The notes below the pieces were generated by a model. The model searched no databases. It saw nothing but the letters and a program-made list of their open reading frames with translations, and was not told where the DNA came from. 34,033 bases of DNA from Candidatus Zhuqueibacterota bacterium 4484_87. GTDB taxonomy: Bacteria; Zhuqueibacterota; Zhuqueibacteria; Thermofontimicrobiales; Thermofontimicrobiaceae. Position 1 is the stretch's first letter; every line of letters begins with the position of its first letter. A program made the position numbers and the translations under genes. The DNA lies in contig NATN01000012.1 in assembly GCA_002085355.1 (NCBI GenBank), forward strand, positions 1 to 34,033. Reading direction: 5' to 3'. This document shows, one piece after another, positions 25,310 through 34,033 of the stretch.

Positions 25310-26494
25310 TTACTTCACCAGGAACAACTCCATCTGCCGCGGTGAAAGAAATTTACATCCGTTCTCCGTCACGACAACTTCCTCTTCAATTGTCGCCACA
25401 CCAAAACCTTTACAATACACGCGTGGTTCCAAAGTGTACACCTGCCCGGCTTCGACCTTCAAATAAGGCAAATCGCCGTATCTTTCCCAGATCGGACACA
25501 GCACCCCGGCGCCATCGTGGGCTTCTCTGCCAACCTGGTGACCCAGCGCATGAGGATATTCGTCAAAACCACAATTGATGATATGCTGCCTGGCGACATT
25601 ATCCACTTCCCAGCCTTCAACTCCCGGCCGGAGAAATTCAGCCGCTTTTGTTATTGCATCACGAACAGCATCAAAAGCTTTTTTCACTTCCGCCGGCGCA
25701 TCGGTTTCGCCTTCGCGTAAAAAATACCACGTACGCTGCAGATCGGAAACATAATCGTCCGTACGAACGCCAAAATCCATATTCATAATATGACCGCGCG
25801 CTGTTTTGCGATCCGTGGGACCGTAATGCGCACCGGCAGTATCAGGCCCGGTAAAAACTGATGGGCAAGATGCCGGATCCCAGGACAAACCCACGCCTAA
25901 CTCATCCACGCGTTTCAGCACAAATTGTGCAATTTCTTTTTCGGAAAGCCCAGGCTTCAACATACGCGTCACTTCATCAAAAATGTCAATGGTGATATTA
26001 ATCGCTTTTCTCAGCCTGTCCAATTCAGAGGGCGACTTTCTCCCCCGAAGCGCAGAAATAATTTTCTCCGCAGAGACGAACCGATTGACATAATCAGTAT
26101 CTTTTAAATAATCGTTGAGCAAAAGAAACATTCCATGAGTCAAGCCGTCAGAGACGTGGTCGTTCGTGGAAAAATTCAGTGCTATGGAACGAGGATCCAG
26201 AGCAGATATTTCTTTGAGTAAATCATCTCGAATGGAAGCTTTGTAGCTGATCACATTATCGTAAACACCGAGGTCTCGCACAGCAGGAAAATCCAGATTC
26301 CCAACGATAGCCGTCGTTTTTCCAGTGGCAGAAATTAAAAAAGCGGATTGCCAGGTACAGCTTCCTTCGAAAATTAATGGCAGGCTGGGATCCGTTAAAG
26401 TATGACTCTCGCGCACAAAAATGAGCCAGACATCAATTCCCTTTTCCTTCAAAATTTCAACTGCCTGCTCCAGCTTTTCTTTAATCATTTTCAT
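25310..26494 (-). CDS. M24-family (Xaa-Pro) aminopeptidase
   Basis: MDFG, YVSDLQRT, HALGHQVG..AHD, TLEP and IEE metal-ligand motifs. Confidence 0.9.
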   Translation of the reverse strand: MKMIKEKLEQAVEILKEKGIDVWLIFVRESHTLTDPSLPLIFEGSCTWQSAFLISATGKTTAIVGNLDFPAVRDLGVYDNVISYKASIRDDLLKEISALDPRSIALNFSTNDHVSDGLTHGMFLLLNDYLKDTDYVNRFVSAEKIISALRGRKSPSELDRLRKAINITIDIFDEVTRMLKPGLSEKEIAQFVLKRVDELGVGLSWDPASCPSVFTGPDTAGAHYGPTDRKTARGHIMNMDFGVRTDDYVSDLQRTWYFLREGETDAPAEVKKAFDAVRDAITKAAEFLRPGVEGWEVDNVARQHIINCGFDEYPHALGHQVGREAHDGAGVLCPIWERYGDLPYLKVEAGQVYTLEPRVYCKGFGVATIEEEVVVTENGCKFLSPRQMELFLVK

Positions 26495-26540
26495 GAAATC
26501 GCCTCATTGACTAATTTAGTTCAATAAAACTCATTAGATA

Positions 26541-26573
26541 AAAAGAAACCGAGAAATAAAATCCTCGGTTTCT
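26541..26573 (-). terminator. Intrinsic terminator downstream of mdh
   Basis: Perfect 10-bp stem AGAAACCGAG (26544-26553) / CTCGGTTTCT (26564-26573), followed by Ts on the - strand. Confidence 0.75.
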
Positions 26574-26599
26574 GAATAATAATCATTTCATGTTCAAAA

Positions 26600-27547
<948 letters not shown>

Positions 27548-27676
27548 TTAATTTTGAATTGTGTGGCTTATATTAAAAAAATAGAGCTATCTTTTCCCGA
27601 ACAAAATAATGGTATCCACTGCCAGATGATATTCCTGAACAAATACGCAGGGCAATGGTACACGGCATCGATAAAT

Positions 27677-27931
27677 TTAGGCAGGTAAAACGCTCACCAT
27701 TTTCTTCGATTTTCCGTGTGTGGTGTATTGAACTTTGCCGTCAATTTTTGCAAACAACGTGAAGTCACCACCCATGCCAACGTTAGAACCTGCGTGAATT
27801 CTGGTTCCGCATTGACGTACAAGAATGCTTCCCGCGGTTACTGTCTGACCGCCATACACTTTAACGCCGCGCATTTTTGGTTTGCTGTCGCGACCGTTCT
27901 TTGAACTGCCTACACCTTTCTTATGAGCCAT
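27677..27931 (-). CDS. rpmA: 50S ribosomal protein L27
   Basis: [16 protein letters not shown]... signature. Confidence 0.98.
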   Translation of the reverse strand: MAHKKGVGSSKNGRDSKPKMRGVKVYGGQTVTAGSILVRQCGTRIHAGSNVGMGGDFTLFAKIDGKVQYTTHGKSKKMVSVLPA

Positions 27932-27953
27932 TTATTATTTCCTCCAAATCGCT

Positions 27954-28268
27954 TTATGATAAAACAATATCTTCAATTTTTAAACGAGTGAAATCCTGAC
28001 GATGTCCTTTTTTTACTTTGTAACCTTTGCGTCGTTTTTTCTTAAAAACAACGACTTTCTTCCCTCGCTCGTCACCCAAAACAGTTGCCTGAACTTTTGC
28101 GCCCTTCAGGACAGGATTTCCGACCTGAACTTTTTTCTCGTCCGAGGTAAACAGCACTCGATCAAATTCAACTTTGCTTCCTTCTTCTGCCTGCAATTTC
28201 GGAGCTAAAATTTCATCATTTTTGCGCACTTTAAACTGCATTCCGGCAACTTCAACAATTGCGTACAT
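27954..28268 (-). CDS. rplU: 50S ribosomal protein L21
   Basis: MYAIVEVAGMQFKV and FKKKRRKGYKVKKGHRQ. Adjacent to rpmA. Confidence 0.98.
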   Translation of the reverse strand: MYAIVEVAGMQFKVRKNDEILAPKLQAEEGSKVEFDRVLFTSDEKKVQVGNPVLKGAKVQATVLGDERGKKVVVFKKKRRKGYKVKKGHRQDFTRLKIEDIVLS

Positions 28269-28341
28269 TAGTTTTCCTCCAAATCAAATATCTTAAATGA
28301 ATACTTTTTTCTCTAATGAATCTGCGTCATTCCAGACTTCA

Positions 28342-28370
28342 AATATAATAATTTTTATCCATTAAGTCAA
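28342..28370 (-). promoter_or_regulatory. Sigma70-type promoter for rplU-rpmA
   Basis: On the - strand: TTGACT-17 bp-TATATT, overlapping the stop codon of the RNase E/G gene. Confidence 0.6.
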
Positions 28371-29884
28371 GATTTAAATTTGTCCGTTATGTCAATATTT
28401 TGTTTTTTTGAAAAAATATGGAATTCATCAAACTCCAGATTACCATCTCCGATAACCTCCAGTTTGAGAAAATAGCGCCACATAAGCCGGCGAACGGGAC
28501 TTTTGATGCCCTGACTGAGATAGTTTTTCATCTCCGGATGCGTGACTATTTTCAAACGACGCTCTTTGGACTTCGCACGGAATCTTTTAATCCAACGCTC
28601 TATTTGGCTCAATACAGCACTTTTTGACGTAATTCGCCCCAATCCGCCGCACGTCGGGCATGTTTCACTGAAAGCATACATAATGCTCGGTCTGATTCTC
28701 TCACGTGTCATTTCAATCAAACCAAAATCGCTCAAAGGCAAAATATTTGCCTGCGCCCGATCTTTTTTCAATTCGCCCTTTAATTCCTCGTAGAGTCGTT
28801 TCTTATTTTTCTCATCCCGCATATCAATAAAATCGATGACAATGATACCGCCAATATCCCGCAGTCGCAATTGACGAGCAATCTCTTTGGCAGCTTCCAG
28901 ATTTATTCTCAAGGTATTTTGCTCTTGAGTTTTTTTGCCGATGAATCTGCCGCTGTTCACGTCAATGGCGCACAACGCTTCAGTCTGATCAATAATGATC
29001 GAACCGCCGCTTTTGAGTTCCACCTTGCGGGAGAGGCTGTTCTGAATTTCATCTTCAATTTTGTAATGATCAAAAATCGGCGTGCTGCGGTCGTAAAACT
29101 CAACCAACCCAGCCATTTCATGAGCGACATCTTTGAGGTATGTGACAATTTTCTTGTACAATCTCCGGTCGTCCACAATCAGGCGCGTCATATCGCGTGT
29201 AAAAAGATCACGGATAACGCTCGACATCATCCCCATGTCTTTGTACACCAACAACGGGGGCTTGTTCTTCTTGATCCTTGCTTCAATCTTTTTCCACACC
29301 TTTTTCAGATTGTCCACGTCTTTTTGCAACACCAATCTATCCCTGCCGTCGGCGACGGTGCGCACGATCAGCCCAAATCCTTCGGGGCGAATTTCTTTGG
29401 CAATTTTGCGCAACCGTTTCCTTTCACCGGCGCTTTCAATTTTTTTGGAAACGCCAATGAATTTGGAATTTGGCACAAGCACCAAAAATCTCCCCGGAAT
29501 TGAAATTTGAGTCGTCAGCCGCGCGCCTTTGGTGCTAATGGGCTCCTTGATAATCTGAACTAAAATCTGTTGCCCCACGCGGATATCTTCCGGCGCAAGC
29601 ACCTCTTTTGATCGATCTTCATCTGTCAGATCAACCATAGAACTCACCGTTGAGAATGATTCGCCAATATCGGAAAAATGCAAAAAAGCATCCTGTTTCA
29701 GCCCAATATTGATGAAAGCGGCACGCATACCACGCACAACATTGACAACTCTGCCGAGGTAAATGTCCCCAACCATTCTTTCGTTGTCCGGCATTTCCAC
29801 AAAAAGCTCTGCCAGACGACCGTTTTCTAAAATTGCGATCCTCGTCTCTCCGATCGCTGCGTTAATAATTATTTCTTTATCCAT
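28367..29884 (-). CDS. rng: Ribonuclease E/G family (RNase G-sized)
   Basis: S1 domain (VGDIYLGRV...AAFINIG), IDVNSG, RLRDIGGIIVIDFIDM, CPTC.G.G. Confidence 0.93.
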   Translation of the reverse strand: MDKEIIINAAIGETRIAILENGRLAELFVEMPDNERMVGDIYLGRVVNVVRGMRAAFINIGLKQDAFLHFSDIGESFSTVSSMVDLTDEDRSKEVLAPEDIRVGQQILVQIIKEPISTKGARLTTQISIPGRFLVLVPNSKFIGVSKKIESAGERKRLRKIAKEIRPEGFGLIVRTVADGRDRLVLQKDVDNLKKVWKKIEARIKKNKPPLLVYKDMGMMSSVIRDLFTRDMTRLIVDDRRLYKKIVTYLKDVAHEMAGLVEFYDRSTPIFDHYKIEDEIQNSLSRKVELKSGGSIIIDQTEALCAIDVNSGRFIGKKTQEQNTLRINLEAAKEIARQLRLRDIGGIIVIDFIDMRDEKNKKRLYEELKGELKKDRAQANILPLSDFGLIEMTRERIRPSIMYAFSETCPTCGGLGRITSKSAVLSQIERWIKRFRAKSKERRLKIVTHPEMKNYLSQGIKSPVRRLMWRYFLKLEVIGDGNLEFDEFHIFSKKQNIDITDKFKS

Positions 29885-29914
29885 AATGTCCTATCTTCAT
29901 TCAAATTTTGTTAC

Positions 29915-32356
29915 TCAAACATCAAAAGGTGTTAATTGTTTTTGATCAACCTGAATCAAAAGCGCTTTTCGATGCACGCGGCTCAGAGCGATTTCTTCAT
30001 CGCTCATGCTGAACATTTCCCCTAAAACCTCTTGCACGCGCGCTGTTTTTGATTCCTGAAAAGTCAGCGTCATCACTAATTTTTGTGAAGCTCTGTCCAG
30101 ATTGACCGCTTCGACATAAGGCCTAATGTCAACATCCACGACATCGTTCTTGCGCTGACGCTTGACAATAACGCTCTCACGCGCGATAAACCGGATAATT
30201 TTTTCATTCATCTGCGCTTTGTCAAAAATATCCGGCAGTTTTATTTCATAAATAGCCCGATTTATCGCTGCTGCCAGCGATCGCGGTTTCCCGAAAATAT
30301 TTTTCGCTTTCAAGATTCGCAGCCCTCGCGGAAGTACGCGATTCAAATGAGTAATGATCTCTTTGCCACGCTCCTGAAAATAATGTACATCCAAATATTC
30401 CGCTTCACTGGTAAAGCCGATTGCCAAAGGCGGACTGTACGCAATTTTCGGATGCGGGTGAAATCCCTGTGAATACGCAAGCTTAATTCCGGCACGCCGG
30501 AACGCACGCTCAAAGATTGTTACCAAATCCAAATGTGAAGTAAACCGAACATCCTCACCTTTGGAATAGCGCAGCCGAATCAAGCGAGCTTCAGGTTGGG
30601 CAGTTTCCGCAACTTTGCGCAGAGATCTGCCGTAAAAATCCTGTTTTTTTTCGCTCTCCGCAGCTTTCGCTGACTTTGTCTCTGCTTTTGCTGCGTTTCC
30701 GCGAATAATTTCCTGACAAGACGCTGTATCCATCAGACCGCAGCCATGACAGGTTGAAGTACGGCAATCTGATGTCGGAGTTTTCTCCAAAGATTTTTGA
30801 TATTCTTTGACGAGGTATTTTTTTGCCACGCCTTTATCAATGTGCGCCATAACGCCTTCCAAAAACGCAACTTCAGGATCCCGCCAACTGAATTTGAACA
30901 TGGAATTTGCCAGACGATCTTTCAGATAAAAAATCTTCTGCCGCATTTCCTCAATGGGGCTTTGCGCTACCCACTGGAAAGGCGTTCCTGCTTTAGGGCA
31001 AAACGGTGAGACAGAAATATTGATATTTTTCCCCCGATAACTCTGCGCAATCTTTCTCACCTCGCGGACAAGTTCGACAATTCCCTCTAAATCCTCCTCT
31101 TTTTCTCCCGGCAATCCGATCATAAAGTACAGCTTGACTGAATTCCAGCCCTCGGAAAATGCAATCTCTGCTGCACGCAACAGGTCTTCGTTGGAATTGG
31201 TTTTGTTGATAATGTTGCGCAATTCAGCAGTACCAGCCTCTGGTGCCAGTGTAAGGCCGGTCTTGCGAATTTTTCTTCCAAAGCGCGCCATTTCCGGCGT
31301 AAAACTTTCTGTGCGCAATGACGGAAACGACACTGTGACCATGTCAGCTTCCAGTTTACGCGACAATCTTGTTAGAAGCGGCAGAAGCTGGCTGTAATCA
31401 GAAGTAGAAAGCGATGCCAGCGAAATTTCATCATAACCGGTATTTTTTATCACAGCTTCAATATGTCGCTCCAGTTCCTCAACACTTCGCTCGCGAACGG
31501 GTCTGTAAATATATCCGGCATTACAAAAACGGCAGCCCTGAGTGCAGCCGCGCATAATTTCGACTGAATAACGATCATGCGTCGTCTCGATGAGCGGCAC
31601 CAGCGGTTTTGTGGGATAATACTCAGCCTTTAATTCTTCAACGACACGCGCAGTAATTTTCTCAGGCGCATCAGTTTCGGGTTTCGGACGCAGACTTTTG
31701 AAAAGTGCGCCGTCGTACTCTGCCTCATACAAGGACGGCACATAAACACCCTTGATTTTTGCCAGTTCCACGAGCAACGATTCTCTGGAAATTTTCTCCT
31801 TTTTCAGATCACGGAACTTCTCCACAAATTCAGCGACAACTTCCTCGCCGTCTCCGATGACGAAAGCATCAATAAAATCTGCTATTGGTTCAGGATTGAA
31901 CGCACAGGGCCCGCCGGCAATCACGAGCGGATCTGTATCACTGCGATCCCGGGAAAAAACCGGAATGCCGGACAGATTCAGCATATTGAGAATGTTGCTA
32001 AAATGCAGTTCATACTGCAAAGTGAAGCCGACAATATCAAAATCTCGGACGGATTTTTTTGATTCCAAAGAAAAAAGCGGCAGAGACTTTTCTCGCAATA
32101 ATGCTTCCATATCTGCTCCGGGCGCATAAACGCGCTCCGCCGCCACATAGTCGATTTTGTTCAGCAGGTGATACAAAATTTCAAAACCGACATGCGACAT
32201 GGCAATTTCATACATATCGGGAAAAGCCAGAGCAAACGTAACATCAACTATGTCCCAGTTTTTTTTGATGACATGTACTTCACTGCCGGTGTAACGGCCT
32301 GGTTTATTCACTAATGGAAGTATTTGATTCTCAATTAATTGCGCAATATCTGCCAT
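29915..32356 (-). CDS. Radical SAM protein (TIGR03960-like) fused to radical SAM-linked domain (TIGR03936/DUF2344-like)
   Basis: KPGRYTGSE, FPDMYEIAMSH, RGCTQGCRFC, KLYFMIGLPGE, then RFTSHLDL...AYSQGFHPHPK. ATG at 32356 preferred over TTG at 32371. Confidence 0.9.
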   Translation of the reverse strand: MADIAQLIENQILPLVNKPGRYTGSEVHVIKKNWDIVDVTFALAFPDMYEIAMSHVGFEILYHLLNKIDYVAAERVYAPGADMEALLREKSLPLFSLESKKSVRDFDIVGFTLQYELHFSNILNMLNLSGIPVFSRDRSDTDPLVIAGGPCAFNPEPIADFIDAFVIGDGEEVVAEFVEKFRDLKKEKISRESLLVELAKIKGVYVPSLYEAEYDGALFKSLRPKPETDAPEKITARVVEELKAEYYPTKPLVPLIETTHDRYSVEIMRGCTQGCRFCNAGYIYRPVRERSVEELERHIEAVIKNTGYDEISLASLSTSDYSQLLPLLTRLSRKLEADMVTVSFPSLRTESFTPEMARFGRKIRKTGLTLAPEAGTAELRNIINKTNSNEDLLRAAEIAFSEGWNSVKLYFMIGLPGEKEEDLEGIVELVREVRKIAQSYRGKNINISVSPFCPKAGTPFQWVAQSPIEEMRQKIFYLKDRLANSMFKFSWRDPEVAFLEGVMAHIDKGVAKKYLVKEYQKSLEKTPTSDCRTSTCHGCGLMDTASCQEIIRGNAAKAETKSAKAAESEKKQDFYGRSLRKVAETAQPEARLIRLRYSKGEDVRFTSHLDLVTIFERAFRRAGIKLAYSQGFHPHPKIAYSPPLAIGFTSEAEYLDVHYFQERGKEIITHLNRVLPRGLRILKAKNIFGKPRSLAAAINRAIYEIKLPDIFDKAQMNEKIIRFIARESVIVKRQRKNDVVDVDIRPYVEAVNLDRASQKLVMTLTFQESKTARVQEVLGEMFSMSDEEIALSRVHRKALLIQVDQKQLTPFDV

Positions 32357-32579
32357 GCAATAATGACCCAAAATTTTGACTTAAAAAAATATTTTCAAAA
32401 AAATAAATTTAACTAAATTTTCAACGAATAGTTGAATTAAAAGTTCCTGTTCAAAAAAACAATTTTCCGCAAAAAGTGCGAGAAATTGACGCAAAGCCAA
32501 AAAAGAAACTTTAAATCATCACCGAGGCATCCATTCTTTTCTCTTTGGGAAAATATTCAACTTTGCTGCTGTAAATAAT

Positions 32580-32615
32580 AACAAAAATCGGGCATGAAAC
32601 TCACTGCCCGATTTT
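32580..32615 (-). terminator. Intrinsic terminator downstream of the oxidoreductase gene
   Basis: 11-bp IR AAAATCGGGCA (32584-32594) / TGCCCGATTTT (32605-32615), with a T-rich tail on the - strand. Confidence 0.72.
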
Positions 32616-32659
32616 CATCATTCACCGTTTTTCTATCTGTCAGCAAAAAACCGGTAAGA

Positions 32660-34033
32660 TCATGCATAGTTTTCCTGAATGTAGCGAACGCCTTCTTGTA
32701 TCGCTTTCACATTGATATCAACATATTTCTTCTTTTTCAGATTCTTCTTAATGGATTCAACTGCCACATTTGGATCCATTATTTTCGTGTATTCCAGATA
32801 AGCGCCGATACAAACGGAATTCGCCACCGCTGTCATTCCCAAATTTGCCGCCATTTCAGTGAGAGGAAGATATAAAACGCGCACATCTGAGCGTTTCACT
32901 TTTCTATCAACGATAGAACTGTTCACGATTATTAAACCGCCTTCCTCTACCGTTTCCTCAAAAGCATCCAGAGACGGACCATTCATGGCAATTAAAACAT
33001 TGGGGTGCGTCGTCAGCGGTGAGCCGATGCGCTTGTTCGATAAAATGACGCTGCAATTCGCCGTGCCGCCGCGCATTTCCGGTCCGTAGGACGGAATCCA
33101 GCTCACATTCAAATCCTGCGTCATGGCAGCATCAGCCAACATGACGCCCATAGTCAACACACCCTGACCGCCAAAACCGGCAATTTTTAAATACTGCTCG
33201 GGGAATTTTTCGATAAAATCTTCGCTGACATTCTTGCTCTCTTCCCCTCCGCTGATTTTAAGAATTTGCAAGACTTCCTCATCGGTCAATTCAGTCTTTC
33301 TAATCGGGCGCGACTCGGCCTCATCGCTGATGTCCTTGAAAACTTTCAGCGGATAGTATGGAATCATTTTTTCCTTAATCCACTTCTGCGCTTCCACAGG
33401 CGTCACTTTCCATCCGGTGGGGCATGGAGAAAGCACCTCCACGAATGAAAAGCCCTTGTTTTCAATCTGGTTTTTCAGCGCTTTTCGGATCGCCTTTTTC
33501 GCACGATTGATGGATTTGAAATCAACCAGCGCCGTTCTTTCCACGTAAATCGGCATTTCCAGCGTGCTGATAATTTCGCACATGCGAATGGGAAAACCCT
33601 CGTTTTGCGACGAGCGGCCCCGAGGGCTGGTCGTTGTTCTTTGCCCAACCATCGTTGTCGGCGCCATCTGACCGCCTGTCATACCGTAAATTGCATTATT
33701 GATAAAAATCACCGTCATATTTTCGCCGCGATTTGCAGCGTTAATAATTTCCAAACCACCGATAGCAGCCAAATCGCCGTCTCCCTGATAGGAAATCACA
33801 ATACTTTCCGGATTCGCACGTTTCAATCCGGTGCCGACAGCGGGCGCTCGCCCGTGAGCTGCCTGGATATTTCCCGTGTCAAAATAGTAATAAGCAAAAA
33901 CCGAACATCCGACCGGAGAAATGACAATTGTCCGATCCTCAATGCCGAAATCTTCTATCGCTTCGGCGAGAATTTTGTGTACATTCCCGTGGCCGCAACC
34001 GGGACAATAGTGTGTTGTCTCCAGATTGGCGCC
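32660..34033 (-). CDS. 2-oxoacid:ferredoxin oxidoreductase fused beta (TPP-binding) and gamma subunits (5' end outside the window)
   Basis: Frame is open to the window end (GANLETTHYCPGCGHG...SPVGC...HGRAPA). GDGD...NN TPP motif, then gamma motifs AGFGGQG and SYGPEMRGGTA. Confidence 0.92.
   Translation of the reverse strand, partial: GANLETTHYCPGCGHGNVHKILAEAIEDFGIEDRTIVISPVGCSVFAYYYFDTGNIQAAHGRAPAVGTGLKRANPESIVISYQGDGDLAAIGGLEIINAANRGENMTVIFINNAIYGMTGGQMAPTTMVGQRTTTSPRGRSSQNEGFPIRMCEIISTLEMPIYVERTALVDFKSINRAKKAIRKALKNQIENKGFSFVEVLSPCPTGWKVTPVEAQKWIKEKMIPYYPLKVFKDISDEAESRPIRKTELTDEEVLQILKISGGEESKNVSEDFIEKFPEQYLKIAGFGGQGVLTMGVMLADAAMTQDLNVSWIPSYGPEMRGGTANCSVILSNKRIGSPLTTHPNVLIAMNGPSLDAFEETVEEGGLIIVNSSIVDRKVKRSDVRVLYLPLTEMAANLGMTAVANSVCIGAYLEYTKIMDPNVAVESIKKNLKKKKYVDINVKAIQEGVRYIQENYA

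Noticed and set aside
28871-29510. 210-aa and 125-aa + strand ORFs
   Set aside because: Antisense shadows of the conserved RNase E/G gene.
32461-32530. GCAAA...GAAA..GACGCAAAGCC resembling a c-di-GMP-I riboswitch core
   Set aside because: It is on the + strand while both flanking genes are on the - strand. The expected stem around the GNRA loop and the downstream stem do not form.

Overview
Bacterial genomic window. Gene content and protein style suggest an FCB-superphylum lineage such as KSB1, Calditrichota or Ignavibacteria, but this is inference only. The left two-thirds (1-21803, all + strand) is an atypical type IV pilus (T4P)-like locus. It holds the 3' part of a PilB/GspE ATPase, three tandem paralogous single-domain receivers, a PilS-like membrane protein with an H-box but no kinase ATPase domain, PilT, a PilM-PilN fusion, a PilO(-PilP-like) fusion, a compact secretin, a 1136-aa Ig-repeat lipoprotein, and two paralogous three-gene minor-pilin-like cassettes without recognisable prepilin leaders. 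After an AT-rich gap with a sigma54-like promoter comes a second module: stand-alone DUF4347-like protein, NtrC/PilR-like activator, CheY-like receiver, double zinc-ribbon protein with a FliM/CheZ-like peptide, and a second PilB-family ATPase with degenerate catalytic motifs. The right third (21838-34033, all - strand) is housekeeping: parvulin PPIase, PfkB kinase, FTCD, M24 peptidase, mdh, rpmA, rplU, RNase E/G, a radical SAM fusion and a 2-oxoacid:ferredoxin oxidoreductase beta-gamma fusion. Two sites look like clean deletions (near 13282 and near 30845). I saw no tRNA, rRNA, CRISPR array or transposase. All family calls come from motif recognition by eye; no database searches were run.
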